Assembly: GCA_050273025.1 (NCBI GenBank)
Contig: CP158635.1
Span: 6,510,001 to 6,574,000 of the forward strand
Direction: 5' to 3'
Source of the DNA: Cenococcum geophilum
Lineage: Eukaryota
DNA length: 64,000 nucleotides
Shown: one piece after another, positions 13,997-28,000 of the stretch
Numbering within the stretch: position 1 is the stretch's first letter
How the letters are laid out: each line of letters starts with the position of its first letter
Notes under the pieces: model-generated
The model's database searches: none
What the model saw: the letters and a program-made list of their open reading frames with translations, nothing else
Told to the model about the DNA's origin: nothing
Program-made: the position numbers and the translations under genes

Positions 13997-14422
13997 TATA
14001 ACGGAACCTTATAGCAAGAACTACAATAGGTTTATTAATAGGCTAGGTGTATAGGAAATATAAGTATAAAAGTTAACAACGTAATAACAACTGGTGGAGT
14101 GGTTGCCTAATAGATTAACTCCAATTATATTCTAAGAATTACTACAAGGAAGGAACTATCTAGGTAGGGACTAAGGGTCCTTAAATACACAACCATACTC
14201 CTATAAAATCCTTCTTATACGTAATATACGTCTTATCTATATTAAACGTGGCGTCCCTTATATTTAACGTAGCCAATACGTTTAACTATTATGTGACTCG
14301 CTTACTATTTCTTGTCATATAGTGCCACGGGTTCCATCCTGGCCCGTGCTTATATTAACTAACTAGCTTCTTCCGACTCCTCTCCTAGTAGTTATAACAT
14401 CGTACTTAAAGCGTCTGTAACA
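13997..14422 (-). repeat. 5' LTR of A2
   Basis: Direct repeat of 6467-6892, ending tgtaaca followed by the TSD. Confidence 0.95.
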
Positions 14423-15042
14423 AATATTACCTAACCCGTTTTCTTTTAATACTTCTATACCTTTCCTATAGCGTTTTTTATATTTTATAGTAGTTCCTAA
14501 GTAGTCTTATTATGGCCTATCTACTTAACCTTGTATTATATTTTATTGTTAATATCCTTATAACTAATAATCTTTAAAACTTACTATTTTTTTCTTCTTA
14601 TCCTCTATACATATCTGCTTTATAAATTAGTGGCTTAATATTTCTATATACTGGCTCTAGTATTATAATATGCTATATAGGGTAGATCTTTATCTTAGCT
14701 AGTAGGTTTAACTTAAACGTAACCGGTAAAATTCTTTATATAATTTTAAAAGGTCCTAGTCTAATATAGTCTAATTTCTTACTTAGTCGTTAACTCTTAA
14801 AATTTCTGTATAGTAGCTATACTTTATCCCCCGTTTTAAGATCTAGTCCCTTAGATCTCTTAGCGTTATAATACCTTTTTATTCTTTTTTATACCTTTTT
14901 TTACTAATTCTATAAGGTCTATATAAAGATTTATTAACGTCTTTATCCTTTCTTTAGCTATACTACTTGTTTTCTTTACTTATTATAGTAATAATAATAT
15001 TCTTAGCTTATATCTATAATTTGCCTTAAATAGTAATATACC

Positions 15043-18000
15043 TGTCGGAATATATAGACAGGAATATATGGACAGAGGTTACGTGGTTACGTCTCTGATT
15101 AGTTATCCTTACGGTGACTAATCAGCCCCCTACTTAGGCACTGCGATCCTTATAATCCTCTGCTTTTGACACCTATTAGACAAGAATTAATTTATCAGTT
15201 AATAGGCCAATCAAGTACACTTGGGTAATACCGACATTGATTAATAGTCAACCTTACCGGTTAGCTATAGAGCAATAAGGTTTACTACCGCCCTAGCAGC
15301 TTCGTTTAATTATAAGCAGCACTTTAGTACCTAGTAGCAAAACTAATACCTAGCAGCTCTAGCAGCATCTAACCCCAGCTAGCTTAGAATATCGCGAGAC
15401 ATTCTACAGCACGTAAATTAACCCCCAGTACGACCTCTTTACTAAGCGCTGTACCCCTAGCTTAACAGCACCAAACGCCTAATAGCCCTTGGGCAGTACC
15501 TTAGCAGCTACCTCAGCAGCTACCCTAGTAGTACTATGGCAGCGCTCTAGCCGTATATAGTATACCAGCTTTTACAGCACCCAATATCCAACTACCTAAC
15601 TGCTTTACGCAGTACCCCAGTGTAGCTACGCAACTTAGTAGCAAACCACCCCCTAGTACGCGTCTTAGTATATAAATTAATATCTAATAGCCTTGTGCAG
15701 TACTCTAGCGTTATAGTAACCTAGTAGCGTTAGCAGTACCTAATACCTAATAACCTAGTAGCGTTAGTAGTAAACTATCCTATACCTACCTATAATCCCA
15801 ATACCGTTTGCTATTTTCCTTGCAGATCTACCACGTCGAAAATCACGTCAACAGCGCGCCTATAATGCTAGCGCGCTCCCTATCCTCTACCCTTTTAAAT
15901 CTGCTGGCGTCTACAGCGGCTATAACCCTTTAATAATGGCACTACCTTAACTTCTTAAAGGATACAAAAGCGGGAGCTATACGGCCACTGGGTGGCCTTG
16001 CTATATTAATATCTATAATAATAAAGCCTAATGGGAGTTTCCAACTACAACCGCTTATTAAACCCAGATTTAGGATATATAAAATATGGTTTAATAATAA
16101 GAGTAGACTTTTAAAATAAAATTATGCCAATAATAAGATATTCTAGACCTACGTTGATAATAGTACAAAAGAGTCTAGAAGGCATATTAAGAATAAAAGG
16201 AAGAGATCAAGGAGTTATAAAGTGTAGTTAAGCAATTATAGCAACAATAAGCTACTCTAGCGTAAGCTTTGTCCGCGTAAGCTCTGTTCGCGCAAGCTTC
16301 GTCCGTGACGATGGTACTGGAGGAGTCCTCCACATGCGTTTCCTGCTTACATAAGCAGACTCCCTTTCCCGTTCGGTATCCGCGGCAACCACTTCGGTAT
16401 CCGTAGTAGTCACCCCGAACCCCGTAGATATAGGCCTATATCAAGGCCTATATTCCTCATAGTTAGATTCAATAGCTTTATTTATTCATTCTTTTATCCT
16501 CAGATCCAGTTCATCAGTCCGTACAAGCTCCGTCCGCATAAGCTCCGCTAGTTTTACCCTCTTTATTAACTAAAGCCAAAGAGCCACGGTAGCTAAGCTC
16601 GTATAAACCGCCGCAACCTTAAACCTGCGAAAAGTGCTCTACTACGTTCCCTTTGGGTTAAGCGCTCTTTAAATACTTGCCAGATTGTTAACCGTTTTAA
16701 TGTACTAAGTGCGGATCTATATTCCCCTTAAATACTACTCTCTATAAGCATGTTTGGGGATGTCGTTGTCTAAAAGATGTAAACAGGAATTTAGATACGG
16801 ACCAAGCTCCGCTAGGATAGCTGTTTTACGCACAAGGAAAGAACTGCCAGTTTACGCCTGTAATCCATCTAACGCTAGTACTATACTGCCACATACCATT
16901 GATAAACTAATAGCGCCGCTATGCCTGCTATTACGATACTGATCGCGCTAATACGCCTGCGATCTACCGACTGAATGATCGTGCCTATACGCCTACGATT
17001 AACCGACCGACTGATAGACAAGCTCTATGCTTGACCACTATTACTACCGCCGCTAGTACCGTACTACTACCCAAACAGACTTTTGCTGCTTTTACCTACA
17101 GCTAAACTAATACCTTGCTGCCTTCCTGCAGCACCACAACTGACTTCTACTGCTCCACCTGCAGTAATACAATCGACAACTGCTGCTCCGCCTGTAGTAC
17201 CACTATTACCTCGTGCTGCCTTCCACTTCCAGCTAAACCGATACCTTACTGCCTTACTGCCTTCCTATAACGCCATAAGCATAAAGAAAGAACTGCCAGT
17301 GTTGGAATATATGGACAGGAATATATGGACAGAGGTTACGTGGTCACGTCTCTGATTAGTCATCCTTACGGTGACTAATCAGCCCCCTACTTAGGCACTG
17401 CGTTACCTCAGAAGCTCAGACTAAGAAATCGATTGCGCTGGCGCGCTAATCTCCTTCGGATATTTGATCGATTTCTTGGTCTGAGGCACTTTGGCGAGAT
17501 TTGTATGGAAACATAAGCATTTTTAGTAAGGAAAACTCACAAACCCCAACAAAATTAATCAACATCCCCACAACATATTTTAAGGTAAAAATTATATTAA
17601 ATTACTCAGGAGATTAAGCTCTATAGATTATGAGATTTTAGGCTTTTTATATTTTTATATGGGCCCGTACGGGCCTATACAAAAAGTGCTTATGCTTTTA
17701 ACAACAGGAATTTCAACTTTAACGAAATTAATCTCAGATTCGGGAGGGGATAATGCAATTTAAAGCCCTTTGATGTATAAAGTAGCGCCCTAAAATTTAT
17801 ATATTAACTTTTGGAGACTTTATTTTATTATGTCGTGGAGGAAATCCCCTTATAAAATTGCCAAAACTAAGATTTTTGCTTATGCTTTTAACAAAACTCG
17901 CCAAACGCTCTCAGACGTGATTTTGGTGGATGTTAGTCAACTTGTTAACGGGCCGAAGGAACATCCGCTCCAATCAAATTCACGTCTGAGCTCGCTGAGG

Positions 18001-18103
18001 TAAGGCACTGCGATCCTTACGATCCTCTGCTTTTGACACCTATTAGATAAGAATTAATTCATCAGTTAATAGGCCAATTAAGTGCACTTGGGTGATACCG
18101 ACA
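15043..18103 (+). mobile_element. Non-autonomous Copia-type LTR element (TRIM/LARD-like, ~2.45 kb net), no pol
   Basis: LTRs tgtcgg...ccgaca at 15043-15236 and 17300-18103 (the second split by a MITE). TSD ATACC (15038-15042 / 18104-18108). PPT ataaagaaagaactgccag precedes 17300. The internal region is low-complexity with no recognisable RT or INT. Confidence 0.88.
17403..18003. mobile_element. Mutator-like MITE (601 bp) in the 3' LTR of the non-autonomous element
   Basis: Termini ttacctcagaagctcagac / gtctgagctcgctgaggtaa, with imperfect inverted similarity extending ~120 bp. 9-bp TSD GGCACTGCG (17394-17402 / 18004-18012). The empty site is visible in the 5' LTR (ttaggcactgcgatcc). Confidence 0.88.
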
Positions 18104-18906
18104 ATACCTATTCCTTCTTATGGCGTTATATTATATATAAACTATATAATTGGTAATAATAATACCTAATTATTCTATACATAATTGATATAATATTTTA
18201 GATACTATTCTAGCGTCTAATTTAATCTTTTTATTTAACCGTCTGTCTGCGGATAATATATAGTAGAAGTTACTACTCTAACTCCTTATTCTGCTAAGAA
18301 TACCTCCTAAAATGCTGCTATAAATCTTAGATCTTTATCTAATATAATTTTACTTAGTACTCTATATTTTATAAACACTTCTTTAATATAGATTCTGGCG
18401 ACATCTTCTACTAAGATTTCTTCTGTACATGTTATAAAGTAGCCCTATTTAGTTAACTTATTTACTATTACTAAGATTATATTATACTCTTATTTGGTAA
18501 TAAGATCTCTTAACTTTAGTAACTTAACGATAAAGTTCTATAATATGACCTCCTATAGTCTCTCTAGTATTTTAATAGGTTGTAGCCCTCCATATAGCTT
18601 ATACCTTATTAGTTTATTCCTTTAGCAATCTAAATACTCCTTTATTACGTTTTTTTAGCTATACCTTAGATTCCGTTAATAATATATTCTTCCTAAAGTC
18701 TTAACACTAAGCCTATTGCTCCATTATATTCTTAAGTTATTCCCTTATAGAAATCTTTTACGAAATACTCTGCTATACTCTTTAGGATATACTTTACTTC
18801 TCGGTTCTTATATATATCCATCTATAGATCTTCTAGAATTCTTTATACCTAAAAGCTCTTTAGTGTCTTATAGACTCTTTTCTAGTTTATTATCCTCTTA
18901 AGTTAC

Positions 18907-21900
18907 TGTCGGGAATGAGGCAAGCGGTCGTCACGTGTCGTCACGTGTCGCCGCGGCACTAGCGTGGTGAGGAACCTTAGGTTCCTCACCCACCCCCTAA
19001 TTCTCAACAACAAGCTTTATTAACCAACATCACTATAACCCTACTTAAGTAGTCGTTATTAGTGAGTTACCCTATGTGACCAACACTAATCAGTGGTTAA
19101 ATATATAGTTAACTATAGAGTAACTAGGTTTTCGAATAGAAGAGACAGTCTTATATAGGGGTGCCATATGCGCTTATATAGAATAGATCCCGGCAATACT
19201 ATGCTACCTTAGACTTGCGGAAAACTAGTAATAGAAGTGTTACTAAGTACTAGGAGATACTAAGTTGCGTCTATTACGCAGAACAATCACATTTATAAAG
19301 ATTTGGTTAAGTACTTTAGGTTAGAAGTATTACTAAACCTAAGGTCCTAAGTTAACGTCCGAAACGCGTCAAACAACATTTTAAATTGCCCACCTTTGGA
19401 TAGTAAACCTATAAGATCCTATAAAACCGAAAATCCTACCTACCTTCGACGTATAACACCTTATCGATTCTACCTACTATAGTATTAACCTATCCGAAGA
19501 AGTACGAGAAAGATATTAACCCGGAGATATAGGACAGAGCCATAACTAACTTTATAACCGCTAAGCAACAGGACCTAAATGGATTTTTAGTATACCGTAT
19601 AAAACACTATAAAGATAGCGAATACGATAATACCGCGCTATAGTATTATATAAAGGAGGACTTTATTAAATAGATAAAGGAAATATGGGTTCCTATAAAT
19701 AAAGATATTATATAGGACTTCCGTAACTTCCTTTGGGAGTATAGAGTATTTATCCCTATAGATGGGGGTAGTATTAGGGACAATATTTAGGAACATATTA
19801 TTAATGTAAAGGAAGAGCATAAATAGACTCTATAAGAGATTAAGCACCAACTACGCACTATAAAGAAGCTTAAATCACAATGGAACCTAAGTAATATACC
19901 ACTAGAGACGCATTCTAACTCTATCGCTCTAGGCACGAGTTCTAACGTTCTATATCCATTGCCTCCACCTCTATCTTTAACTCCCCTATATTAACTAGCT
20001 TAACCCACAGCCTTAATTAACAACCCCCAACAAGCGTAAGATCCCCTTGCTTCGCGGTTTAATAACCTTTAAACTCCGCCAACTAAATCTATATTACTAT
20101 CGCAGCCTATAATATAATGCAGCTAAACACCAATTGGAGGTATCTTAAAAATGCTTATAGAGCTTATAAAGCTCTATTTAGAACAGGAGAAGAAGTTTAG
20201 CGGAGAACTATATAATATCCTTAATTTAAAGTTACGTATCTTCTACGACTGTTGCTAAAGGGTTGGACTAGAACCCAATTAATACCACATTGCTTATTTA
20301 GTTATGCTTAAGGGCCGAGCTAGTACCTTCTATTATAATTGTTTAGCAGGAAAAGGATATAATTTTAACTAAATAATATATAAAATAAGATACTACTTTA
20401 AAATAGAGGAGAATAAGCAGTAGTATATGTTGGAGTGGAGAGAGACTACCTTTCTAAGAATTATTGCTATAAACCTAGGTGCCTCTTAACTCGATTGTCT
20501 TTAAAAGCTCTTTAATTAACTCTAGATAATTTAGCGTAGTATATCCGAATTATATTAAGAGGACTTTAGCCTACATAATTAAGTTATTAGCGTATGCCGA
20601 GGTGTTAAAGAATATAACCTTGCTCTCTTTAACCCTATAAGTACTTACAAAGAAGTATATACTTAATTAAGATCCTCTATTAGTACCGCCCTACGCTTTT
20701 AAAAAGTACAGCAATTTAACGCCTAACTCTAACCTACTTTAATTAACCCAGCCAACTAATACGATTATAACTGGACTAATTAAATATATAGTGGTTATAG
20801 TAGGGGATACGGTAGAGGGTATAATTAATGTTAACTATAAAGTAATTATAGAGGTCCTTATAGAGGTTTATTTCGCAACAATTGGTAGAAGAAATACTAT
20901 ATTTATAAGAAGCCAAATTGCTAGTTAACTAAACACCCCCTTAATAGACAAAAAAAGGCATATAATAAGTTTCGCCAGAGCGCACAAAACGTTAAAAACT
21001 AAAAAGTTACTATAGCCTACTTCTAAAGCTTCCTGGTTTAATATAAAGGCGAAGAAGATCTTAAAGGTAAAATTAACGAGGCTAAACAGCTCCTTATAGA
21101 TATGGAAATTGAGGACTACTTTCCCAACTAATACTTCACTAAGTATAGTAAGGTAAATAGCATATAAACTGTTGCTGTCCTTAATAACTAATCTACGCTC
21201 TATTCTATTATAAGGTTAAATATCTTTAATAAGCTAAAGAAAAGTTCCGTATTCTCCTTTAATAACAGATACTTAGTAAATGTCTTTTATAGTATTATGC
21301 CAGATACTAAAGCCGCAGGAGTATTTATAGTAGGAGAACCTCAAGTCCGAGCTCTTTAGCAGCTTAATAGTTCTGTTTAGATTAACTAATTAACGGCAGG
21401 CTAATATATAATTCGCTTTAGCAAGGGTACTATAATCTCTCTCGGTATAATTAAGGTCCAAACCCTATTAGGATATATTACTTTCTACATTATTCCCGCG
21501 AATACCCCGTTCCTATTCTATATCTAAGATATAGATAAATTAGGCGTTAAGCTTAACAACCTTAAAAATATACTTGTTTAGGGAGATAATTAGGTACCTA
21601 TTATACGTAAGTAGGGTTACCCTTAGTTGCTCCTTTAATAGCTAGAAAGGAGCGTTGCTTAGAGTTACTTAACTAAGTTAGAGCTACGTTAACTACATCG
21701 TCGTTTTAGCTACCTATCCGTTTATTAACTACTTAAGGTTCTTTAATAAGCAGGTTATAAAGTTAAGGTTAAGGCGATTAAACATCTTATAAAGTACTGC
21801 TATTACTACTAAATAAACTAGAAGTCCCCTGGCCGATTTAAGTTTACCCTTAAAGACGACTACGACTTTAACTTCTATATTATTATAGATGTTATATATC

Positions 21901-24900
21901 TTAGCGGCAAGCTAGTACTCTAAGTTATTAACTTCTTAACCTCCTTCTAAGCCGTACGCTTTTTAAAAGATATATTAGCTAGGAACGTATAGGATACTCT
22001 TTAATTATACTAGATTAATATCTACCTAGGACCCCCTAATTAAATTATTTATAACGCAGGAAAGAACTCCTTATCTATAGAGTTTTAATAATAGGTAAAG
22101 GCAATAACAATTAAGGTTAAGGAAGTCCCCGTTAAGGCACATAATAGTATTAGAAAGGTAGAATAATACTATACGCCATTATACCGCGTATATAAAATTA
22201 TTTCTTCGGAACTAGAGGGTACTAGCAAAGAGCTTATCCTATAGATAGCTGTTAAGGCTATTAACAATACCACTGGCCCAGATGGGCTCGTACTTATGTT
22301 ACTAGTCTTTAGCGCCTACCCTTAAATAACTAACAATTCTCTACTATCTCCCTCTATTATATAATAAGCTAAGGCAATTTATAAGGTAATAAAGGAGGTG
22401 CAACGTCTTTACGCTACGCGCTAGGTTAATAACGCACTAGGAATAAGAAATAGCCTAAACACCTTAACTACGCTTAATCTGCTACTCTAATCTAAGGTAC
22501 GCGTATGGCGTAAAAAGGGAGGATAGTTAGGCCTATATAAACTTATTGTAATTAATAGTTAGACTTACACTCTTTAGATGCCCCATAGACCTACTTAATT
22601 CTGTTTAACTGTTATTAAGCCTTACTATAAAGATAATAGTTTTAAGCCTTTATAGGATACCCTAGAAGATACCCTAGGAGATACCCTAGAGGAGAACCAC
22701 GATTAACGTGCCCTAGAAGGCGACTACGACCCTAATATAACTGTAGTAGATACGCCACAACTATAACGCGGTAGAGGTTACCTAAAAGGATTATAAAACC
22801 GCTAACACCTTATTAATTTTAAAGAGCAACTTATTACCGCTATTAAGAATAGAGTTAAGCTATTAATGGCCTTTATAATAGCTAAAGAGAAGACTAACTT
22901 TAAGCTCGCAAAATAGCTCTAAAAGGAAGGCCATATTATAACTCTAGGAGCTCCTTTCCAAGCATTTAATAAGTAGGAGATTAACGGTCTTATTATAAGA
23001 GGAGTCTTTAAGTTTAAGAAGTATAACCCTACTAAGTTTAATAGGGTTTATATATTTAAGTTAAGGATAGTTAATAAGATTAAAGGTAAAGCTACTAATA
23101 CCCTATTTAAGAAGTTAAGGCTAGTTATTTAAGGTTATAACGATAACGGTAAGGAAGTAATTCTTATATAATCCCCTATAATTTAACAAGCTAGTTAGCG
23201 AGTTATTATTACGCTAGCTCCCTCCTTAATAAAGAATAGAATAGCAGTTTATTTATAAGATATCACCTAGGCCTATACCTAATTAGAGATACACCTTTAG
23301 CGCTTAATACTGGCATACCTTCTAAAGTAAATTTACCACCAATATCCCGAAGATACAATTATGGTTATGCTTAAGCTACTATATAGAATCGCAGAGGCAG
23401 GAACTTATTAGTGGGCTACTTACAGCAAGCACTATAAAGAGAAGCTTTTAATAACTACTTCTATATTTAATCCCTGCTTCCTTATTACAGCCACAAAAAC
23501 TCTATTTAGAATCGTCGGTATATAAATAGATAATATAATTATCTTAGGAGACAACTAATTCTTAGCTCTTAAAGAAGATAAGCTAGTAAAGGTAAATCTT
23601 ATAGTAAAGCCAAAGGAAAGACTTAATTTAATAATACTATTACTCTTTAATAGATGCATTATTTCCCTAAATAAGGATTCCATTGCCCTACGCTAGAAAG
23701 GTTAAGGCAAGAAAATCAACGTTATTAACGTTAATTCTCTAAAGTAAGGATATATGGAGTAACGCGCTCGCGAAGCTTATATAGCTTCTATCTGTTAACC
23801 TAAAGCTTCCTTTAATCTCTCTATTGCCGCTTAATACTAAGAACCAACTAAAGAGGACATCCTTGCCCTAAATAAGCGTTTTTTCTAGCAAAGGAGCCAT
23901 TTTAATTAAGGACTGCTCTACGTGCCTATTAACCTTCCTACCGCTAAGCTTTTTGTATTTATTAATAGATCGTTTATAAATAATAAAGATTTTAGCTCCT
24001 AGCTAGGATATAAGATTATTATCGCAAACAAATTTACCGGAGAGAGTAACTTTATGATTTACGGTAATCTTATCTATTAGAGCTTAACTAAGAGTAAATA
24101 TATTACTTAAAGCGTTCTAGCGTTAGAGATATATGGAATAGTTAGCGGAGTTAATATAGTAATTGCAATTAGAACTACCTTAAAGATAATTATAGATTAA
24201 CTTAAACTCCCTATTATCCCTACAATTGTATATACCGACTTATATTCCCTCTATAAGTGTTTAGTTAAGCTTAGTACTATAAAGAAGAAGCGCCTTATAA
24301 TTAATATTATAGCACTTTAGTAGTCCTATAAGCGTTAAGAGCTCTTTAAAATCTAATGAATTAATGGCTAAGATAACCCGGTAGATATAATAACAAAGGC
24401 AAACCTAAACAAGGCACTAGAGACGTTTGTTAATATAAATACTCTATATATGCGAGTTAAAGGTTAGGTTAAGAGGGAAATTTAAAGAAGTTAAGATCTT
24501 ACGGAACTTTAACCACCGGTTAAAGTTATTTAATTAGTAAGATTCTTGCTAAGAGCGCCACGCCTAATTAATTTAGGTGGCGGTATAGAGTTCTACTAAC
24601 GCTATTTGTTAAGCTAGCTAATTAGGATTTTCCATCCCCAGGATGGAAAATCGCTATTAGCTCGGCTAAGAGCGGTAAGCGGAATTGACATCTTCGCATG
24701 AACCCATATATCTACCTACGCTACCCCTTCCCCTTTATTTCTTCTTCTTCTTTTCCTTAGCTTTATATCTTTATATATTAGCAATCTATAAGTATATATA
24801 GATGGCAACTATAAAAGAAGAGTTGCTAGTATTAGGAATAAGGCAAGCGGTCGTTACGTATTGTTATATGTCGCCGCGGTACTAGCGTAGTAAGGAACCT

Positions 24901-25008
24901 TAGGTTCCTCACCCACCCCCTAATTCTCAACAACAAGCTTTATCAACCAACATCACTATAACCCTACTCAAGTAGTCGTTATTGGTAAGTCACCCTATGT
25001 GACCAACA
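18907..25008 (+). mobile_element. Complete Ty1/Copia LTR retrotransposon, probably GalEa clade (6102 bp, RIP-degraded)
   Basis: 179-bp LTRs at 18907-19085 and 24830-25008, TSD GTTAC (18902-18906 / 25009-25013). Order is INT then RT ('KSRLVIQGYND') then RNase H ('TKEKRL.IDI.AL', 'NP.D..TK'). CTAATCAGT plus a hairpin replaces a tRNA PBS. Confidence 0.94.
19250..24485 (+). pseudogene. Copia gag-pol relic
   Basis: Integrase zinc-binding region 'ELR.LHRRF.Y' at ~21680, RT at ~23000-23700, RNase H at ~23950-24470. Many RIP stop codons. Start is approximate. Confidence 0.82.
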
Positions 25009-28000
25009 GTTACTACTAGCTTAGGGTAATTATATCTAATTAATCTATCCTTATCTCTGCGTAGTATTGCTCCTAATAGTTTCTTATTATTCTATAATTT
25101 AGCCTTTCTACTTAGCGCGTTTGCTCTTATATTTTTAGTCCCTTTAGTATATTAAATCTTAAAATGGTATTCTATAAGCATCTTTACCTATTTAACCTAT
25201 CTCTAATTAAGTTCTTTTATTATTAGGAACCTTATTAGGTTTTAATAATCCGTTTTAACTATAAATAGTTTTTCTACGCCTTATAAGAATGCTCTTTATT
25301 CTTTAAGTGCTATAACTATACCTAATAACTCCTTGTTATAGATATTATAGTTTAACTTTAGTAGTATTATCTTCCGACTATAGTATACTACTAGATGCTA
25401 TGCATTTATATGCTTTTATAGTAAATATACTCCTAGTATAAAGTCTAATATATCTATTTTTATAACCGTATCTAGTCCTAGTTAATAGATCTTAAGGATT
25501 GGCTCCTAGGTAAATAACTCTTTAAGTTCCTTAAATAACTTCTTTTATTTATCTCGCTATGCCTATAGTTCCTCTTTCTTTATAAGCCTAGTAAATAGTT
25601 TAATATTCTTTAACCACTATGCTATAAACCTTCTATAGTAGTTGCAGGACCCTAAAAATAACCTTAACTACGTTATGTTTTCCGGTTCTTACCAACTTAC
25701 TATAGCTTTAATTTTCTTTAGGTCCATACTAATATGACCTAGGTTAATAATAAATCTAATAAAATTGGTCTTCCTTATAAAGAACTCGCATTTCTTAATT
25801 GCTACTAGTATTTATTTTTCTTATAGTCTCTTTAAGACCTATTTAACATATTCTCTGTATTCTCCCTTAGTTATTAAGTAGATAATAATATCGTTAAGGT
25901 ATACTATAATAAACTTATTAAGGTATTCTCCTAATATACTATTAATTTGCTTTTAGAATATTATTAGTATATTTATTAATCTAAATTATATAACTAATAG
26001 TTTATATAGTCCTTCCTTGAACCTAAAGACTGCCTTTTATTTATTACCTTCCTTAATTCTAATCTAATGGTACGCCTATCTTAGATTTATCTTTATAAAG
26101 ATTTACGCATTACCTATCCTATCCTAGATTTCGCTAATTAAGGGTAAAGGATACCTATCCTTTTAAGTAATGCTATTTAACTATCTATAGTTAATATATA
26201 GCCTAAATTTTCCATTCTTCTTTAGTACAAATAATACTAGATATCCTATTAATAACTATAATAGTCTAATGTATCCCTTTTATAAGTTCTCCTAGATAAA
26301 CTCTTTAAGTGCTTTTAACTCTTCTTAAGTAAGCTTATAGGTTAAAAAGAACCTTAGACTTATTCCTAGTTCTAACTCTATTTTATAGTCCTATACTATA
26401 TAATCTACTAGCTTTTTACTTTTTAGGCTCTATAGCTTTTTACTATATTTATAGTATTTCTTTAGTATATAACTTAAGCTTCGCTTAGTCTCTTTATATA
26501 TTACTCTAACTTAGTTTACTATTACATCTTACGTTATTAAGTATCCCTAATATTAACTTAACCTATAATTTAATTAATCTTTAGATTATATTCCTGTAAC
26601 TAAGGTATTTTTAATACTACCTTATCCTGTCCTAATGGTAGGATATTAAAAGATATCTTAATTTGTCTTCCTTTAATAGTTATCTAAATAGGTCCTATTT
26701 TAAGGTTAATAATACTTCCTCTATAGGCTATCGGATTTCCTAAAATTATAACTAATAGGCAAGGTTGCTCCTTCTATCTATAAGGTAATCCTATTCTTTT
26801 TACTACTACTAGTAAGATATAGTTCCGCGTTGCTCCACTATTTATTAGTGCTTTAAACTATTAATCTTACCAATTAATTTATAAATTTAGGTATTGTCCT
26901 TAAATTCCTTTAAGGGTCTAAGGCTCTACTACTAGCTTCCTCTAGTTTTATAGGCCTCTACTTTTCCTAACTATTAGCTACTAGATCCTTATATACTTAG
27001 CTCACTCTTTAGCTAATACCTAGTTTGCTTCTTATCCTTTATATACTATAAATACGTATTCTCTAGGCATTTCTACTACTATTATCCGTTTAAGTATTTT
27101 TCCGTAAGGAATCTTTTTAGTTAAAGTATTAACTTTCCTAATTCCTAAACTTCTACTAGATACTAGCTATATATATACTTAGCATTTTTATACTATTGCT
27201 TATCTAGCGCCTAATATATCCTTATAGGGTACTTCTAAATCTTTTTTTTTTTAAATTCTTATATATTTTTTATATATTATCTATATATATAATCTATAAT
27301 AGCGTATAGTGTGCTAGGTGCTTTAGGTTAACTCTTAACTTATTTTTATCTTTAAGTTTAAACCTTTACTATATTAATCTAAATATTGCGACTTTATTTA
27401 TAGGTATTAAGATATATCTCTTACTTCCCTAATCCTCTAATTATTCCTTTAAATCTCTTAATATTATAATTAAGGCTCCCTTAATATAACTTATTATCTT
27501 TTCTATAATAGTGTGGTCCTAAATAACTTTTTTATCCAACTATATATAGAAATCTTCCCACTTATTATTATGTCTTTATCTATACTACTTTTGGTATAGC
27601 TGCTAGAGTATATACGGCTTGTCCGTAAGGAAGTATCTTCTTATTACTATATTATAACAGCCTTTTATATGCTGTTTCTTAAACCTAATAGGAATCCCTA
27701 AATCCTCTTTATCTTCTAGTTTAGTAAGCTACTTAGCTCTTAGCATGCCTACCCTAGGCCTATTAATAATTCTTTATACTAGTACTCTGTCCCTTATATA
27801 ACCTAGTATACTAAATCTCTAGTCTAGTTTTTATTCTTATTATATAAGGATTCTCTATCTAAATTCCTCTATATTTTCTTTTGGTTTTTGCCTTATAAGT
27901 AAATTCTTAAAGTCTTCTTACTTCTTAATCTTTATTCGTTTAATAGTCCTTATTTATATCTAGAATTCTTAGTTTTATAGAATTCTTAATCCTAAGCTTG

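Larger units (their letters stand above)
6467..14422 (-). mobile_element. Complete Ty3/Gypsy chromovirus, family A, copy A2 (7956 bp, RIP-degraded)
   Basis: 426-bp LTRs at 6467-6892 and 13997-14422, with 5-bp TSD AATAT (6462-6466 / 14423-14427). Domain order on the minus strand is gag-PR-RT-RH-INT-chromodomain. Confidence 0.96.
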
